Positions 27,379 to 41,300 of a stretch of 64,000 bases of DNA are shown here, piece by piece (position 1 is the stretch's first letter; the number at the start of each line of letters is the position of its first letter). Source of the stretch: Lama guanicoe. Taxonomy: Eukaryota. Both the position numbers and the translations under genes were made by a program. The stretch is taken from the NCBI GenBank assembly GCA_013239625.1, contig MU054132.1, forward strand, positions 496,001-560,000, given 5' to 3'. Below the pieces are notes generated by a model. The model ran no database searches. It was not told the origin of the DNA and saw nothing but the letters and a program-made list of their open reading frames with translations.

Positions 27379-27883
27379 AAGAAAATGTCCTTGTTTTTAG
27401 TAAATACATACTGCAAGACACAGGGGTAAAAAGGCATCGTATCTGTGACTTTCCCTCAAACATTTCAGGAAAAAAAAGTAATAATGTGTGTGTGTACGGA
27501 AAGAGAGTAAGTGGGAAAATGTTCACATTTGGGGGATCTAGATGAAGGATATATAAGAAATCCCTATTGGTTTTGAAACCATTCTGTAAGTCTGAAATTA
27601 TTTGAAAAATAAAAATTACTTCTTCAACTTAATACAGCGTGAAAACCTTTTTAATATCCTCATAAGAGTCCTTCACTCCTTAAGAATTTATTTAAAAAAA
27701 AAAGATTATGAAGATTCTCAGAGATTCTTGAGCCTCAGCTGGAGAAACACTACCTCAAATCTTTCTAAATTCATATTCTGATAGGCATTGATTAGAATAA
27801 GCTACATTAAAAACTAGACTCTATAATAAACAGAGTATAAAATTGCAGAGGCAGGGTTTTATGAAGAGGTGAAAATTCAGGAT

Positions 27884-28092
27884 AAAAAAGAACTCGGTCA
27901 CTCTCTCTTGCCTTCTGAGATGGCCCGCACCCTGTCTATAGTATATCCACTTTAAAATAAACACCCCCCACACCTCATGGCCTCTCTGGCCTTCTTACAG
28001 CCTACACTCTTGTCTATGGAGTGTGTATCTCGCTGAATAAATCTACTTTCACTCAAAAAAGAAAAAAAAGAAGGAAATAAAGAAAAGAAAAA
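27884..28092 (+). mobile_element. ERV LTR-like fragment ending in a poly(A) tail
   Basis: LTR R-region-like text (cacactcttgtctatggagtgtgtatctcgctgAATAAAtctactttcactc) followed by an A-rich tail at 28055-28092. Confidence 0.6.
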
Positions 28093-29289
28093 GGACAGGA
28101 GAACTGGTTGATAACAAAAGGAAGGAAGCCAACAAGGACAAAACTGAAGACTATTTCATAACATTGCTTATAACACATCCTAGCCAAGAGGTAAACTTCA
28201 ATTAGTACTCTGAGCTCTCAAGAAGAAAATTCTGTAGCTTGCGGTATATACTCAGTCCCAAGCAATATTCATGGAGAAATACTTACAGGGAACCCTTCTC
28301 AAGTACTAAGTAATTATCCTCAACATTAGGAAAGAAATGGAATTTCACAACTCTAGCCATCCTCCTTACTCCCCTCAATTTGTTTCCCTTTTAGAGTTTC
28401 TAAATCTTTGACCTGCTCCCAACAAATACAAATGAAAGTATCTGTCACAGTTAAAAAAAAAAAAAAAAGTCAGAATGAATGCACTGTAGTCATGTATGTT
28501 TTGACATTAATACATTTAGGCACTTAGAACGTCATACACTCAAGATTTAAAATGCCTCAGATCTTCAATGATATGGAAAAGCACATTAGGGGGAGAGTAT
28601 TCATAAGTAAAACTTTAATCACCAAAGATCACATCTACCTAGTTCACTGCTTCGCCTATGGTCATACACATTTGCAAACCTCCTCTAAACAAAATGAGTT
28701 CATCCTTCTGTAGGCCAAGGTTTTGGTAGAGAGTAGGTGTCTTTACTACCATGAGTTAGCTAGGCCTAAGGTAAATGTGGAGACTGCATCAGAAAGTATC
28801 TTTTGCTAGCATACAACTACACTGATGGATTGACATATGACTTATTTTAGAAAAGCAATGCTGTTAACTCTAAGTACCAGTACTCATATCAATTACAAGG
28901 CTATTTGTGCCACAATTATTTAAGGATCTACTCCACTGAAGGCAGGCTTGGCTCTGCAATGGCAAGACGTCAAGTTCACAGTCCTCACACCATCAGGAAT
29001 TTCATGCTTTTTGAAGTAATATGGCACAGATTATGCCAAATAGCTATAACACAAGGTAATAAATAATTATTGCTGTGAATTAAATGACTAATAAAGTGCT
29101 TTTTTATTAATTCTTCTTTTTTCAGTTTAACTTAGTCTCACTTTCCTGATTCTCCTTCATGAAAGCACACTTTCTTTAGTATTTATTACTTTCCCTATTC
29201 GGATGGCAATGTAACAGAGCGAAAAAATCAAACTTTGATACCTAGGTTAGAATCCTATCTTTACATTTATCACCTATGATTTCTGCCAT

Positions 29290-30455
29290 TAAATTCCTTT
29301 TCCTACTCTCCTAGATGCCTACTTCACACATTTCCCTATCCAACATCTCGGTCATCACCAACTCCCCAGCCACTCTCAACTGAGGATCTCACCATTTTGC
29401 TCAGTATCCCACCTCTTGCCTTCTCAAGGACTTTCATTTCCTAATTAATTCCTTTTCTTCTGTTGTCAGTCTGTCATTCTCTCTCTCCACACTCATTAGT
29501 CAAATTTTTAAATGCCTTACTTGAAAAAAAAAAGGGCAGGGGGGCCAATGGTCAATTTCTTTTTTGGGCTTTCACAGGCCACATTCTCCTGTTTTCTTCC
29601 TACCCTCATGGCTACTCCTCCTCAATCTTATTTGTTCACACTTCCTATTCGCTCTTCCTATTTTATTTGTTGCCTTCGTGTTGGAGTTTCCCAAAACTTG
29701 ATCCCTATTTGGCCTTCCTTCTCTTTCCATCTACTCTTTTCCCTCCTACCTTATCTAATCCAAATTTATGGCTTTAAGTATCATCTGTAGACTGGTGACT
29801 TCCACAGCTCCAAACCAAACCTCTCTCTGTAGTTATTTACCCAACTGCTCACTGGACATCTCTACTTGGATCTAATTTATCTCAAATGTAACATGTCAAA
29901 ATGGAACTAAAGGTTATTCCATACACTCATACACCGATTGCAATGACTGTTATATACACATATTATAAATTTACATACCAGGAGAAACATTTAAATCTTT
30001 CAAAAGCTTAAATCACATCACAGCACATACGTGCTTCTCTCTGACTTTACCTCTTTTCACAGTCCCTCCTCCTCATTCCCTAGGTTCTAGCCACATTAGC
30101 CTTCTATCTGTCCCTCAAACATTCAAGCTAATTTCTAACCTTTTTACCTGAAGGTTCCTTTTTAGAATATAATTTCCCCTAATCTTTGACAGACTGCTCC
30201 TTCTCAATAATGAAACTCCAAATGTTATCCCCTCTGATATTCTTCCATCATTCTATCTTATGGTACACCTTATTTTATTCCTAGCATTTGTCAATATGAG
30301 ATTTTTTTCCTTCATTTTGTTTTAATGTAGTGCCCATTTCATCACACTAGAATACAAGCTGTTTTAGGGCAAGGACTGCATTTATCTTGTTCACAGCTGC
30401 ATTTAAGTGCCAAAAGCTATACTTAGAACATAGGAAGTACTCAGTAAATATTTAG
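29290..30455. mobile_element. L2 remnant
   Basis: Pyrimidine-rich L2 motifs (ctggacatctctacttggat, ctagaatacaagct...agggcaaggact, tactcagtaaatattt). Confidence 0.7.
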
Positions 30456-32699
30456 CTGGCATCAGCATACCCACTTTTCTATCTAGCTGAGCTTGTTCTA
30501 CACTACTCCCCACAAAAAATTTCAATATTTAAGATGGTCTCCTCTAAGTTCAAACATAGATCAGTCTTGACGTCAATAATTTTTCAGACTGCTCTTCATT
30601 CTACCATCTTCTTCCCTCTCCAAGCCTCTACACACACGTTATCACTTCCCAGACTCATGTTAATCCTCTCAGCCACATTTCACTTGACAATTACCTGAGC
30701 GCGTACTATGTACTCAGCACTACTATCTTTTCTTTATTTCTAATGCCTTTTATTAACATTCCATACACTATTACTAAACTCAACTCCTACATCATATACT
30801 TTGAAGAATGACAATCACATACTTTGACTTGCATTTAGTGTTTCTGACTTTCCAAATAGAGTTTAAGCTACAAAGAGACAAAGGTTTTCTTGTCGTTACT
30901 GTATAATCGCTGGGTATACCATTCCCATTCCTATCTAAGTTCTCATTACTTTCTGAATCAAAGAAATTCCCTAACAATAGTACCCAGGTTATAACTTTAT
31001 CATTTCAAGCAATTCTCAGGGGAAAGACCTCAAAACTGACCTGTGGAAAAAACAAGTCACGTGGGCCATAAATTAATTTATAGTATCTGCCATATTCTCA
31101 TCCAAGAAATAGGAACCATGAAGACAAGTAAATTAAAACACTGATGAGAAATATATATGATTTATGTGGACAATAAAGCCATGTATACCACTGCTTTTTA
31201 ACAAAGGCCTGGAAACTTTAGGCAAACCACTTTGGAATGAATATGCTACCTTGAACTAATGCAAATGGACTTGATAAACACAAGCACTATTTCTCACTCA
31301 CTCTAAAGTCCACATCTTCAGCTAGCATAGTATCTCAAACGTAGAGTTCTAGAGTTCCTACTGATAGAGGTTCATGTATACAGATTAAACCTAGAAAAAA
31401 ATAAAAATGAATGTTATTAAAATTACAGCATTTACAAGGCAAGAATATTCTCACAAGAAGTCATCTAATCAAAGCTATCTCTGATTATATAAATATAGGT
31501 CAAAATAGCAGTTCTCTCCCCTATGTCATACCCATTAACTACTCTTATATCCCAAAACAGTTGAAATTTTATTTTAATGTGGAGTGTCTATATAGATAGT
31601 AAGTAAAGCTAACTTAGTTTCTTTAAACAAGAAATTACTTCACAAACAAATACAGCTGATCTCAAATGTATCATTGTAGTCAGTGAGGAAAGGTCAGACT
31701 ATCATCCCAAATGTTAACAACTGTATGTGTACCTGAATTATGTTTCTAAATTTGTATTCCAAATTAGCTTTCAGGAACACTTGCATGAAGTGAACTATGT
31801 TCTCCTATTAAAGCAATCTGTTTTCCAAAACTCATAACTGGACTGAATGGGGATCTAATATGAACACTTTGGGACTTGTTATATACAAATGAGTTTCACT
31901 ACTGTTATTGACTATTTTGAGTTAAAACTCTTCAATTATCTGTTTTATTTTCCTCATTAGCAAGATGTGGGAGAGGGGACATCCATTACCAAATAACCTT
32001 CAAAAGACAGAACACATAAATGCTAAAAAAATTCATTTTTAGTACTAGCTAATGAATTACAACAGAAAGAGTTGAATTTCTTAGTGACTTGATCACATTA
32101 TGTATACTATTGTCTTATAGCCCAATTACTAGACCACCATCACCATTATAAGCAGTTAAAGGAATATTTTCCACTTTTCAGGTACTTCATTAAATGCTTT
32201 ATATACATCTAGCTCATTTGATCCTCAAACCTAAGAAGGGTATACTATGTATTTGTAATCCCACTTTTACAAATGAACAAACCTAAAGTTACAGCTAGCA
32301 AAGTGGCAGAGTCAAGTATACAAGCTGTTTAACTGCAGAGCTCTTGCTCTTCAAGTCAAATATTTATTACCTATTACACAGAACTGGGAGGAAAAGGGTA
32401 AAAAGTTTCAGAGAAACATATTTTGATTCAGTGTTTTAGTAAATGTTTCTGCCTAGCAACAGAAGGGGCTTTATCATGAAACAAAGAGTAACAGAAGTGT
32501 TCAAATTAAGAGTCTTGATGATCAAGTAAGTGTCTGTGTTTCAGGGCAAACAGATGGTGAGTAATAGTTGTTCTTTATAGGAGAATTCTAGTTAATAAAT
32601 GCAACAATCATCAATGGCAGCAAAACCCAATAGATGAAAGGTTGACGGAGAACTTCGTAATTGATGGATCAGGCTGACTACACCAGAATTCACTGGTTA

Positions 32700-33225
32700 A
32701 TTTTGATATCACTAAAAGCAAGACAACTTGATAAGTGCCCCTCTGATATGATGCAATAGGTAACTGATAAACTGCTGGCAGGAGGGAGGAGTGAGGGGGT
32801 CTGATGTACCTACCAGTCTCCAAAAAACATAGCAAACATATAATAAGACTATCATAGATAAAGAAATTTGAAATCTGGTAATCACACGATTATTAAGATT
32901 CTGATTTTTTAAAGAAATGAACAGGGACTGTGTATTAAATAACATTAAAGAATTATTGCCAATTGCACTAAGTATGACAATGGTATTGCAGTTATTTTTA
33001 AAGCCTCTCTCTCAGACATATATATTAAAGTATGAAATGATAAAATATGTGGGGCACTTTAAAATATTCCAATAACAAAAAAAAGTGGGAGACAGATGAA
33101 ACCAGAATGGCAAAATGTTAATAACTGTTGTAGCTGGATGAGTACACTGGGCAGGAGCAAGCGGTATTCATTCATTATACCATTCCCTATTGTATGAATG
33201 TTGGAAATCCCCATAATAAAAAAAT
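32700..33225 (+). mobile_element. Old L1M 3' UTR
   Basis: attaaagaattattg...atggtattgcagtta...ttcattatacc...ccataataaaaaa. Confidence 0.6.
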
Positions 33226-34587
33226 TATAATGCTTATTTACAATACAGAAGAGGATAACAAATCTTCCAACAAGTAAACAACAAGAGACCATATGTGCAC
33301 ATGCCCCAAGCAAAGAAGTGTGCTGGCAAAATGTAATTCCTATTACTATCCAATCACCACCTACCCACAATCAGGGTCCATTCACCTGATTGTGGCTAAG
33401 CATTAATCCCTTGACCCAAGCAGAAGTAATCACCAGGATTTACCCATCTGATTTAGACTTTACTTCCATGGCCACAGAACTTCACTCCCCAACAATAAAA
33501 CAAAAAAATCCTAACTATGTAACCATGGTAAACATTATGCTATGCTGGAAAATATTTTCTATAAATTAACTTTTGCCAAACAGCATCAATACATAGTCTA
33601 CTTTAGAGTCATTTTATTTGAAAAGACTCAAGGTGAAAAACTAAAAAATAATTCAGCAACAGTAAATACAAAATTATTTGGGGTTTAGGAAGGAATATTT
33701 TCCACCCATTTGTCAATCTTAGGATAAGTCACCACAGTGCTAAATTTTCATTTCCTGTGAAAATTATCTTTTGAGTTCTCAAGGTAAACATAAAAACAAT
33801 AGAGGAGTATTTTGTACATCATTTTGCAAATTAGAAATCTGGATGTAATTTCCACTTCCAGATACCGAATTCCAGATATATAATAATATATAACAAAAAA
33901 GCTAGCTAATCTATAATATACTAGTACTTAAAAAAAATGCAGTCTACGGCCCTGGCCATCAAGTCCCTAGCTACTTACAAATATCCCAGTAAATCACAGA
34001 GGAGCATTAAGTGCCATCAATAAATAGCTCACTAGAAGAGGTCACATTTATGCTCTATGACAAAGAAATATTGTTAAGTTGACAAGGTAGATGCACCTCT
34101 CACAACAACAAAGGGTAAAATAAAATGACAGGACTACGACTTAGAATTAACAACATAACTAAGACCATATCCAGAAGTCAAACTAGGCAGCTGGTTTTCA
34201 TGCCGACATCCAAGCCGACACTGTGTAAACACTGTAACTAGTACAGTAGAATGAAAAAGTACTATACAGTTCAGCCAAAGCTTTCTATTCTAGAGCCGTC
34301 TATCCAGAAGGCATGCCTCAATTCCTCTTCTCCCCAATTGTATGTTTTCAAAACACCTGATGGGGAAGCACAACAGTATAATACATAAGTTAAGAGCAAA
34401 AGCTTGAAAGTCTGTCAAACTAGATTTGAAGACCAACTCCAATACTTTTTTAACACTTTTTAACCTGCTACTAAAAAAAAGGAGGGGGGGTGGCCAAAGA
34501 GATGATCTACAAAGCTGAAATAGTAGTACTGTAATTGCTTCAAAAAGAGGATGAAAGGAGAACATCTATTTAAAACCCTTCACATAG

Positions 34588-35577
34588 AAAATATTTTCTA
34601 ACAATGCGACTGCCAAGGGGTTAATATCCAAAATACATACAGTTTTTACAACTCAATATCAAAAAATCAAACAACCCAATCAAGAGTATGGGCAGAAGAC
34701 CTAAACAGATATTTTTCCTAAGATGACTAACAGGCATATGAAAAGATGCTTAACACCACTAATTACTAGAGAAATGCAAATCAAAACCACAATGAGGTTA
34801 TCATCTCACACAGTTCAGAGTTGCCATCATCAAAAAGTCTACAAATAATAAATACTGGAGAAAATGTAGAGAAAAGGAAACCCTTCTTCTACACTGTTGG
34901 TGGGAATACAATTTGGTGCAGCCACTATAGAAAACAGTCTGGAGATTCCTTAAAAAACTAAAACTAGACTTACCATATGATCCAGCAATCCCACTCCTGG
35001 GCATGTATCTGGAGAAAACTCTAATTCAAAAAGATACATGCACCCCCGTGCTCACAGCAGCACTATTTACAACAGCCAAGACATGGAAACAACTTAAATG
35101 TCCATTGACAGATGACTGGGTAAGGAACATGTGTTATATACATACAATGAGATACTACTCAGCCATCAAAAAAGAACAGAATATTGTCACTTGTAACAGC
35201 GTGGATGGACCTAGAGAATATTGTCCTCAGTGAAATAACTCAGAGAAGGACAAATACTATATTGTCATTTATATGTGGAATCTAAAAAACAATACATCTA
35301 TACAAAAAACAGAAACAGACTCAAAGACATAGAAAACAAATGTATGGTTACCAAAGAGGGGGACAGTAAATGAGGGGTATAGGATTAATAGATACAAACT
35401 AGTATACATAAATTAGATTAGCAACAAAGATTTACTGTACAGCACAGGAAATTATACACAATATCTTATAATAACCTATAATGGAATATAATTTGCAAAA
35501 AAAAAAATCACTATGCTGTATACCTTAACACAATACTTTAAATCAACTATACTTCAATTAAAAATAAAATAAAAAGT
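34588..35577 (+). mobile_element. 5'-truncated L1 (ORF2 end plus 3' UTR) inserted into a MIR
   Basis: Same L1 type as 7740-8786; decayed TSD aaaacccttcacatag (34572-34587) / aaaatcttccatatag (35578-35593); MIR-like sequence on both flanks. Confidence 0.9.
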
Positions 35578-37371
35578 AAAATCTTCCATATAGTATCTGC
35601 CACATAGTGCCCAATAAGTGGGAACTGTTAGCAATCTGAATTTTAAGATTCTTTGATTAACAATAGTCTTCCCATTAGAAAACAGTATGAAGTAGTAAGA
35701 GCCTTGTTCATTTTCATGGCCCTAGGTACTGGCACTGATACGCTCAGTAAATAATTTTGAATAAAGAGCAGAGAAGTGGAGGTTGGAGATGAAAGGTAGA
35801 GATAGACCGAGGGGAATGGCAAAAATATGTAGTAGTCAAAGAGGGTGAGGGAGTTAACACTTAACTGTGGTGTTCAGGCCAGCATTGGCTGGCTCAGTTT
35901 GTCACATATCCACAGGTATAGAAACTGAGTTTGGAAGAAGAGCTTGGAAATTATTATAGCAAATATAACCTTGACCAGTGATGAGCAAGCTTATATATTT
36001 TTAAGCTTTTTATTTTGAAATAATTACAGACTGGCAGGAAGCAGCAAGAATAGTACAAAGAGTCTGTACTCTTCACTCAGCTTTCTCCAGTGGTGACATC
36101 TTACACAGCTGTAGTCCAATATTAAAACCAGTTAATTGGGTTGGGGGCACAGTTAACCGACACTGGTACATTACTGTTAACCAGATTAGACCTTATTTGG
36201 TTCTCACCATTCTTTTTTAATCTGCATTCATATTCATGTGTGTGTGTGTATGTGTGTGTGTAGTTCTACACAATTTTCTTCCATGTATAGATTCATCTAT
36301 CACCAACACAATCAAGATACATAGCTGTTCCATCAGTGGTGTTGTATTTTGAATCTCTGATTTTTTCACTTCATTTTTCTAGAAATCCCTATTATACATT
36401 TAAAAAGTACAGGATAGACTGGAAAAAAAGAAAGCCTGGTCTTTTATTACAGATAGTTCAAAAAATGCTAACTAAACTAGAACATGTACAAATTGGCTTT
36501 ACTCTATTTGGAAAGTCCTACTTTCTAAATAATTGATAATTGTATTTCTTCTTCTCCTATGGGGTAGTAGATAATGCCGAGTTGAAACATATACAGAAAG
36601 TCCCCACTTTTTCTATGACAGGGTTTTACTGCTACCTAATAAAGTCCTATTCTTCATTCCTTTTACTCCTATCATACCCAATGGACCAAGGTAAACAAAA
36701 GCCAGGATTTCACTTAAAAACAGTGCCTCCAGAAGAATGTAACATGTGGGGAATAAACAGACACCATGACCCTAAAACACAAAAACAAAAAGGCTTCCCA
36801 GAAACTGCACAGTTCTCATTCAAAAATCTTTTGGATTTTTTTTTCCTTCCCACATTCCTAAATATGTGCTAGAATCATTCCTTACCTGGAGCTTTGAGAA
36901 ATTTTTCAATATGTTCAGACCACATGTCATTTATTAGGACATTTTCTTCCAGCTCCTAGCCATACTTTCTATGCTCTAATTTGTTGAAGTATGTTTAGGA
37001 CCCTGTAAAGTACGTTTCCCTTTGACACTAATAGCACATGCTAAGGGAAGAATGAAAGGCTTGAAGAGTAAAAGGGAACATATGCTCCTTCCTGTTGGTC
37101 ACTGTTCCTATCTGTACTGACCCATTACTACATGTCATCCTGGCATTGATTCCAGTCTACTTTTTCCCCACAATCCCAGACCAGCTTGACTGCAATTCCT
37201 CACAGACACAAGCACCAGCAGTCCAACACCCCTCCTTCAGAAACCTCAGATTCAGTGGGCCCTACTGTAAGGTTCCAGGTTCTGGTAACCACACCCTCTT
37301 CCCTTTTTTCTCCCAGCCCGAGGGTGAGTAGCTACTTCCTGCCTTTCTATCTGTCAACTCAGTGTCCCTTT

Positions 37372-37542
37372 TTCATTTTCTTAGTTCTCCAAAAACCCTT
37401 TTAACCAATTCTTTAAATTAAATTCTGTTCATTTTCTTAGTTCTCCAAAAACCCTTTTAACCAATTCTTTAAATTAAATTCTGTTCATTTTCTTAGTTCT
37501 CCAAAAACCCTTTTAACCAATTCTTTAAATTAAATTCTGTTC
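37372..37542. repeat. Perfect 56-bp x3 tandem repeat
   Basis: ttcattttcttagttctccaaaaacccttttaaccaattctttaaattaaattctg at 37372, 37428 and 37484. Confidence 0.97.
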
Positions 37543-37827
37543 TTCTGACCTTATATAGAGGAAAACAACCTGAAAGTTTAAAATTCTTTCCTTGAAAGCT
37601 TGTAATAAAGGAAAAACATAAAATAGAAGTAATTATTTCAACATAATTGTGATATTCATCATTCGAATGCCAAATTTGGGTATAGGGAACTTCTTACCAT
37701 GCCACTCTAAAAGCATAAAACTGGAGTGGGTCATGCTTTCCTGAAAACTTAACACATTTAAAAATTGTACATAAGCAGTCTTGGAAATGAGACACTCAGT
37801 ATATGATTGTTCATTAGTGTTCTGGAG

Positions 37828-38152
37828 CAAGTGTACGCAAATTTTCTATAAAGAATCAGAAAGTAAGTATTTTACGCTTTGCAGGCCATGCAGTCTCTGT
37901 CACAACTATTGACTGTCAAAGTTTTTGTGTGAAAGTATCCATAGACAAGTAAATGAATGAGCATGGCCGTGCCCAAATAACACTTTATGGACATAGAAAT
38001 TTCAACTTTATATCATTTTCACATTTCACAAAATACTATTCTTTTGTTTTTTTTTTAACCATAAAAAATGTAAAAGCACTCTTAGTTCACGGGCTGTACT
38101 AAAATATGGAGGCAGGCTGGATCTGGCCCACTGGCCAGTTTGCCAACCTCTG
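37828..38152. mobile_element. MER58B-like hAT-Charlie element
   Basis: gcaaattttctataaag...ctttgcaggcca..gtctctgtcacaacta...ggctggatctggccc...agtttgccaacctctg. Confidence 0.8.
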
Positions 38153-38246
38153 TTCTAAATCATCCCTCTTACAAAATCAAAGTATTATGTTCATTGATGG
38201 GTGCAAAAAAATTACTCTAGCAAACCTAGGTTTAAATTATAATATA

Positions 38247-38396
38247 GGGGAGAGAGTATAGCTCAGTAGTAGAGTGCATGCTTAGCATGCACAAGGTCCT
38301 GGGTTCAATCCCCATTACCTCCATAAAAAAAAAAATAAATGTGTGTGTGTGTGTGTATATAAACCTAATTACCTCTTCCCCCAAAAAAATCCCCCA
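38247..38396 (+). mobile_element. tRNA-Ala-derived SINE (vic-1 type) with perfect 13-bp TSD
   Basis: AAATTATAATATA at 38234-38246 and 38397-38409; A and B boxes; internal (GT)n. Confidence 0.92.
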
Positions 38397-41300
38397 AAAT
38401 TATAATATAACTAATCTGAAACATTAATGAAACAGAACAATGTCATTTACCCTCCTCAAACTTTTTTTTTAATGAAAACAAAAGATAAGAAAATTTACTA
38501 ATAGGGAAATTTCAAAGCATGATGAAAGTTCAATTTAAATATTTGCCAACCTTGTATACCTTCTTTCTACCTCTAAAGAACCATAAAATAAACACTGATT
38601 TTTAAATTAGTCTTGAATAATGTAAATTTCTGAATCAGAGAATCATTAAATTAGGGTCCTAATGATGTTCAACTTAGAAAACTTAGGTTAAAGTAGTAAT
38701 GGTCCTATTCCCCAAACAATCCTTCAAGTAGAAAAAAACATCTATAGACATCCAAGCAAATTACATATAAGTTTCTTATTTCAAAGTAACCATGACTGTA
38801 TAGTCTCTCCTGTTAATCCACAACTACTTTGATTCTCTAGTATTAACAATGAGGAATGATGTCTCCTTGGCATCTTATGCTCGCACAAATATGTTCATTA
38901 CTGCTACTTGTGAACTGTGTACATTTTCCCAAAAACTATGAGTTAAAAGTCCTAAGAGCACCCTTGAAGTAGGATACCTCAAGACTTGGACAAGGTATGC
39001 ACTGATAAGACATAAGTAGCACAAGTATCACTATGGTAGCATGCACGACATGAGAAAGACAAAATAAACATTACCCCTCTCAACAAGAGACAAATTATCT
39101 TCATGTATACCTCTCCTGGTTTTCCTTAATATATGGAAAGACAACAAACCAAGGCATGAGTTTCATATGGGATTAAGAGTTCCTAGGAGCTCACTTCCAA
39201 ATGAAGATTTCAGACTATTTAAGGCATTATTTAAGGAGTAATCTTGTATGGTTCATATATCCAGTGTACTTTTTGCTGAGATGATCTCCAGGCCTCTATA
39301 ATCCTCTAGACTATACTTTTACAAAGTTAGACAAAGTAATAAACTCAACTAGGGAATCCCCTGACCCCTCCTTATAAGCAACTCAAAACTAATCCAGAAG
39401 ACCTCTAGGAAAATAACTGAAAGAAAAGAAACCGAGTTGATTATGAATGGCACTTATTCCAAACGTTACTTCTTAATATCATTAAAAAGGTAGTCTTTGA
39501 CAAACTGGTAAATGAAGAGACCTTTGCTCAAACTGTGGTACTGCCATTAAACTAGCTAGTGAGTATAGCTTGAACTTCTTTGGGCCTTATTCTCCTCCCT
39601 TATAGAGACAGTAGCTCCCATGACCTTTAAAATCAAAGCCATGGTAAATCACAATAAAGAGTGAGTTAAGGGGGAAAAGAGTTGCAAGCCACAGGAATGA
39701 GCATTAGGTAAGGGAATAACCACCCACTCCCGACAGACAGACACGCACACACACATACACACAGCACCTTTTATGCTGCTCAGCAATTTTTACTGGGCAG
39801 CAAATGTAGAGGAATCTAATTGGAAAAAGGCATAGGGACAATCTTCCCTTTGTACCCTCTCCTTCAGTGTAGCTCTCAAAAGCATCTTCTAACCACTTTT
39901 TTTTTTTTTTGCCTAATTCCTATTCTTTCAGATTAAATTTAAGTTTAGATCTTCTGGGCAGCCCTTTCTGATTACCCACACTTCTACACCACCAGCCTGG
40001 GTTAGATATCCCTGCTGTAGCACTTTGTGCTTATTTCTGTATCCTTATCACAAGGTAGTCATTCAACAAATGTTAGCTTAATAAATTAATAGTCAAGAGT
40101 TCAATCTCAGCTAGTTCTTCTAAACAAAGTTTAAAAGGTTCAATTATAAAGAAAAAGTTTAAATATAACTTTATAGTTTCATTCAGTTTAAGGCTTAGAA
40201 AAAAATTTTTTTTCAGTTTTCTATGGTAGCATCATCTATCTTTACAGAACAACAAAAGCGTCAATTTTTGAAGTACCAAGTTCTCTTCCATATTTCAATG
40301 TCACAACTTTATGGTATATCCAAAAACACCCCTTAATTTATCACTGCATCTGTAGTTTCCTCACTTCTTTTTGGTCTCTAATATTCATAAAGAGGTAAAT
40401 GAGACTATTGATTAGAATGATTTAAACAGAAAGACGACTAAATAAGAGTAAAACATGGGGGCATAGTTTAAATAGGTTAGCCTTTCTGGAAAATACGCAA
40501 GTATAAAAGAACTAAAAAGGCTGAGGGGGAGGACTGTTCTAACATAAAACACAATACACTATCCTACCTAAAGCAGCAATTATGTTCTTTCTCAGATCAC
40601 CATCATGAGATTTCCAATTTTCACTGGTTTGTCTCCACCAGGACCAACAGAAGCATAAAAAGTACCTTGAACACCAATCATTTTCATCAGCTCCACATGT
40701 ACCACTCAATTCACTGACCTCCTCTCTCCTAATCTAATAGTTATTTAAATAACATCAGTAATTAATAATGCTGCTATTCACTCTATCAGGAAAACAGAAT
40801 AATGATGGTTATGAAGAATCAGGTCAACTTAAACATTTACTAATAAGCACATACCACTATATACCCAACTGTTAGTTACTGAGATTCCTCTATAATCTTG
40901 GATTTTCTAGTACATGGGACTACAAATTCCCTTAGGTTCTAGCAACAGAACCAAAAAGTCTAAGCCATCTCAGAGAATGGATGAATATTAAGGTAAACAG
41001 GCTCTGATGAAATGTTAGCCTTTCTTGATGCTCTGTATCAGTAACCAAAGAATATTAAAAGTTGGAGAATTGTAAAAATACACATAGATACAAATACATC
41101 TTTTTAAATATTTATATGGAATAAATAGTAATAATGAAAATAAGAATACTCAAGCATTGGGTATGTTTCACAAAAGCACACAGCTAACAAATTAATTTTG
41201 CAGCTAGCATATGCACAGCTGAAAAAAAAGTCCTATCATAAGCCATGTTCCAACTCCTGCCCCAATTTCGTATCCTCTGATACTATCATTACCTTTTCTA

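Noticed and set aside
37372..37542. CRISPR-like array
   Set aside because: Units are contiguous with no spacers, and the context is mammalian.
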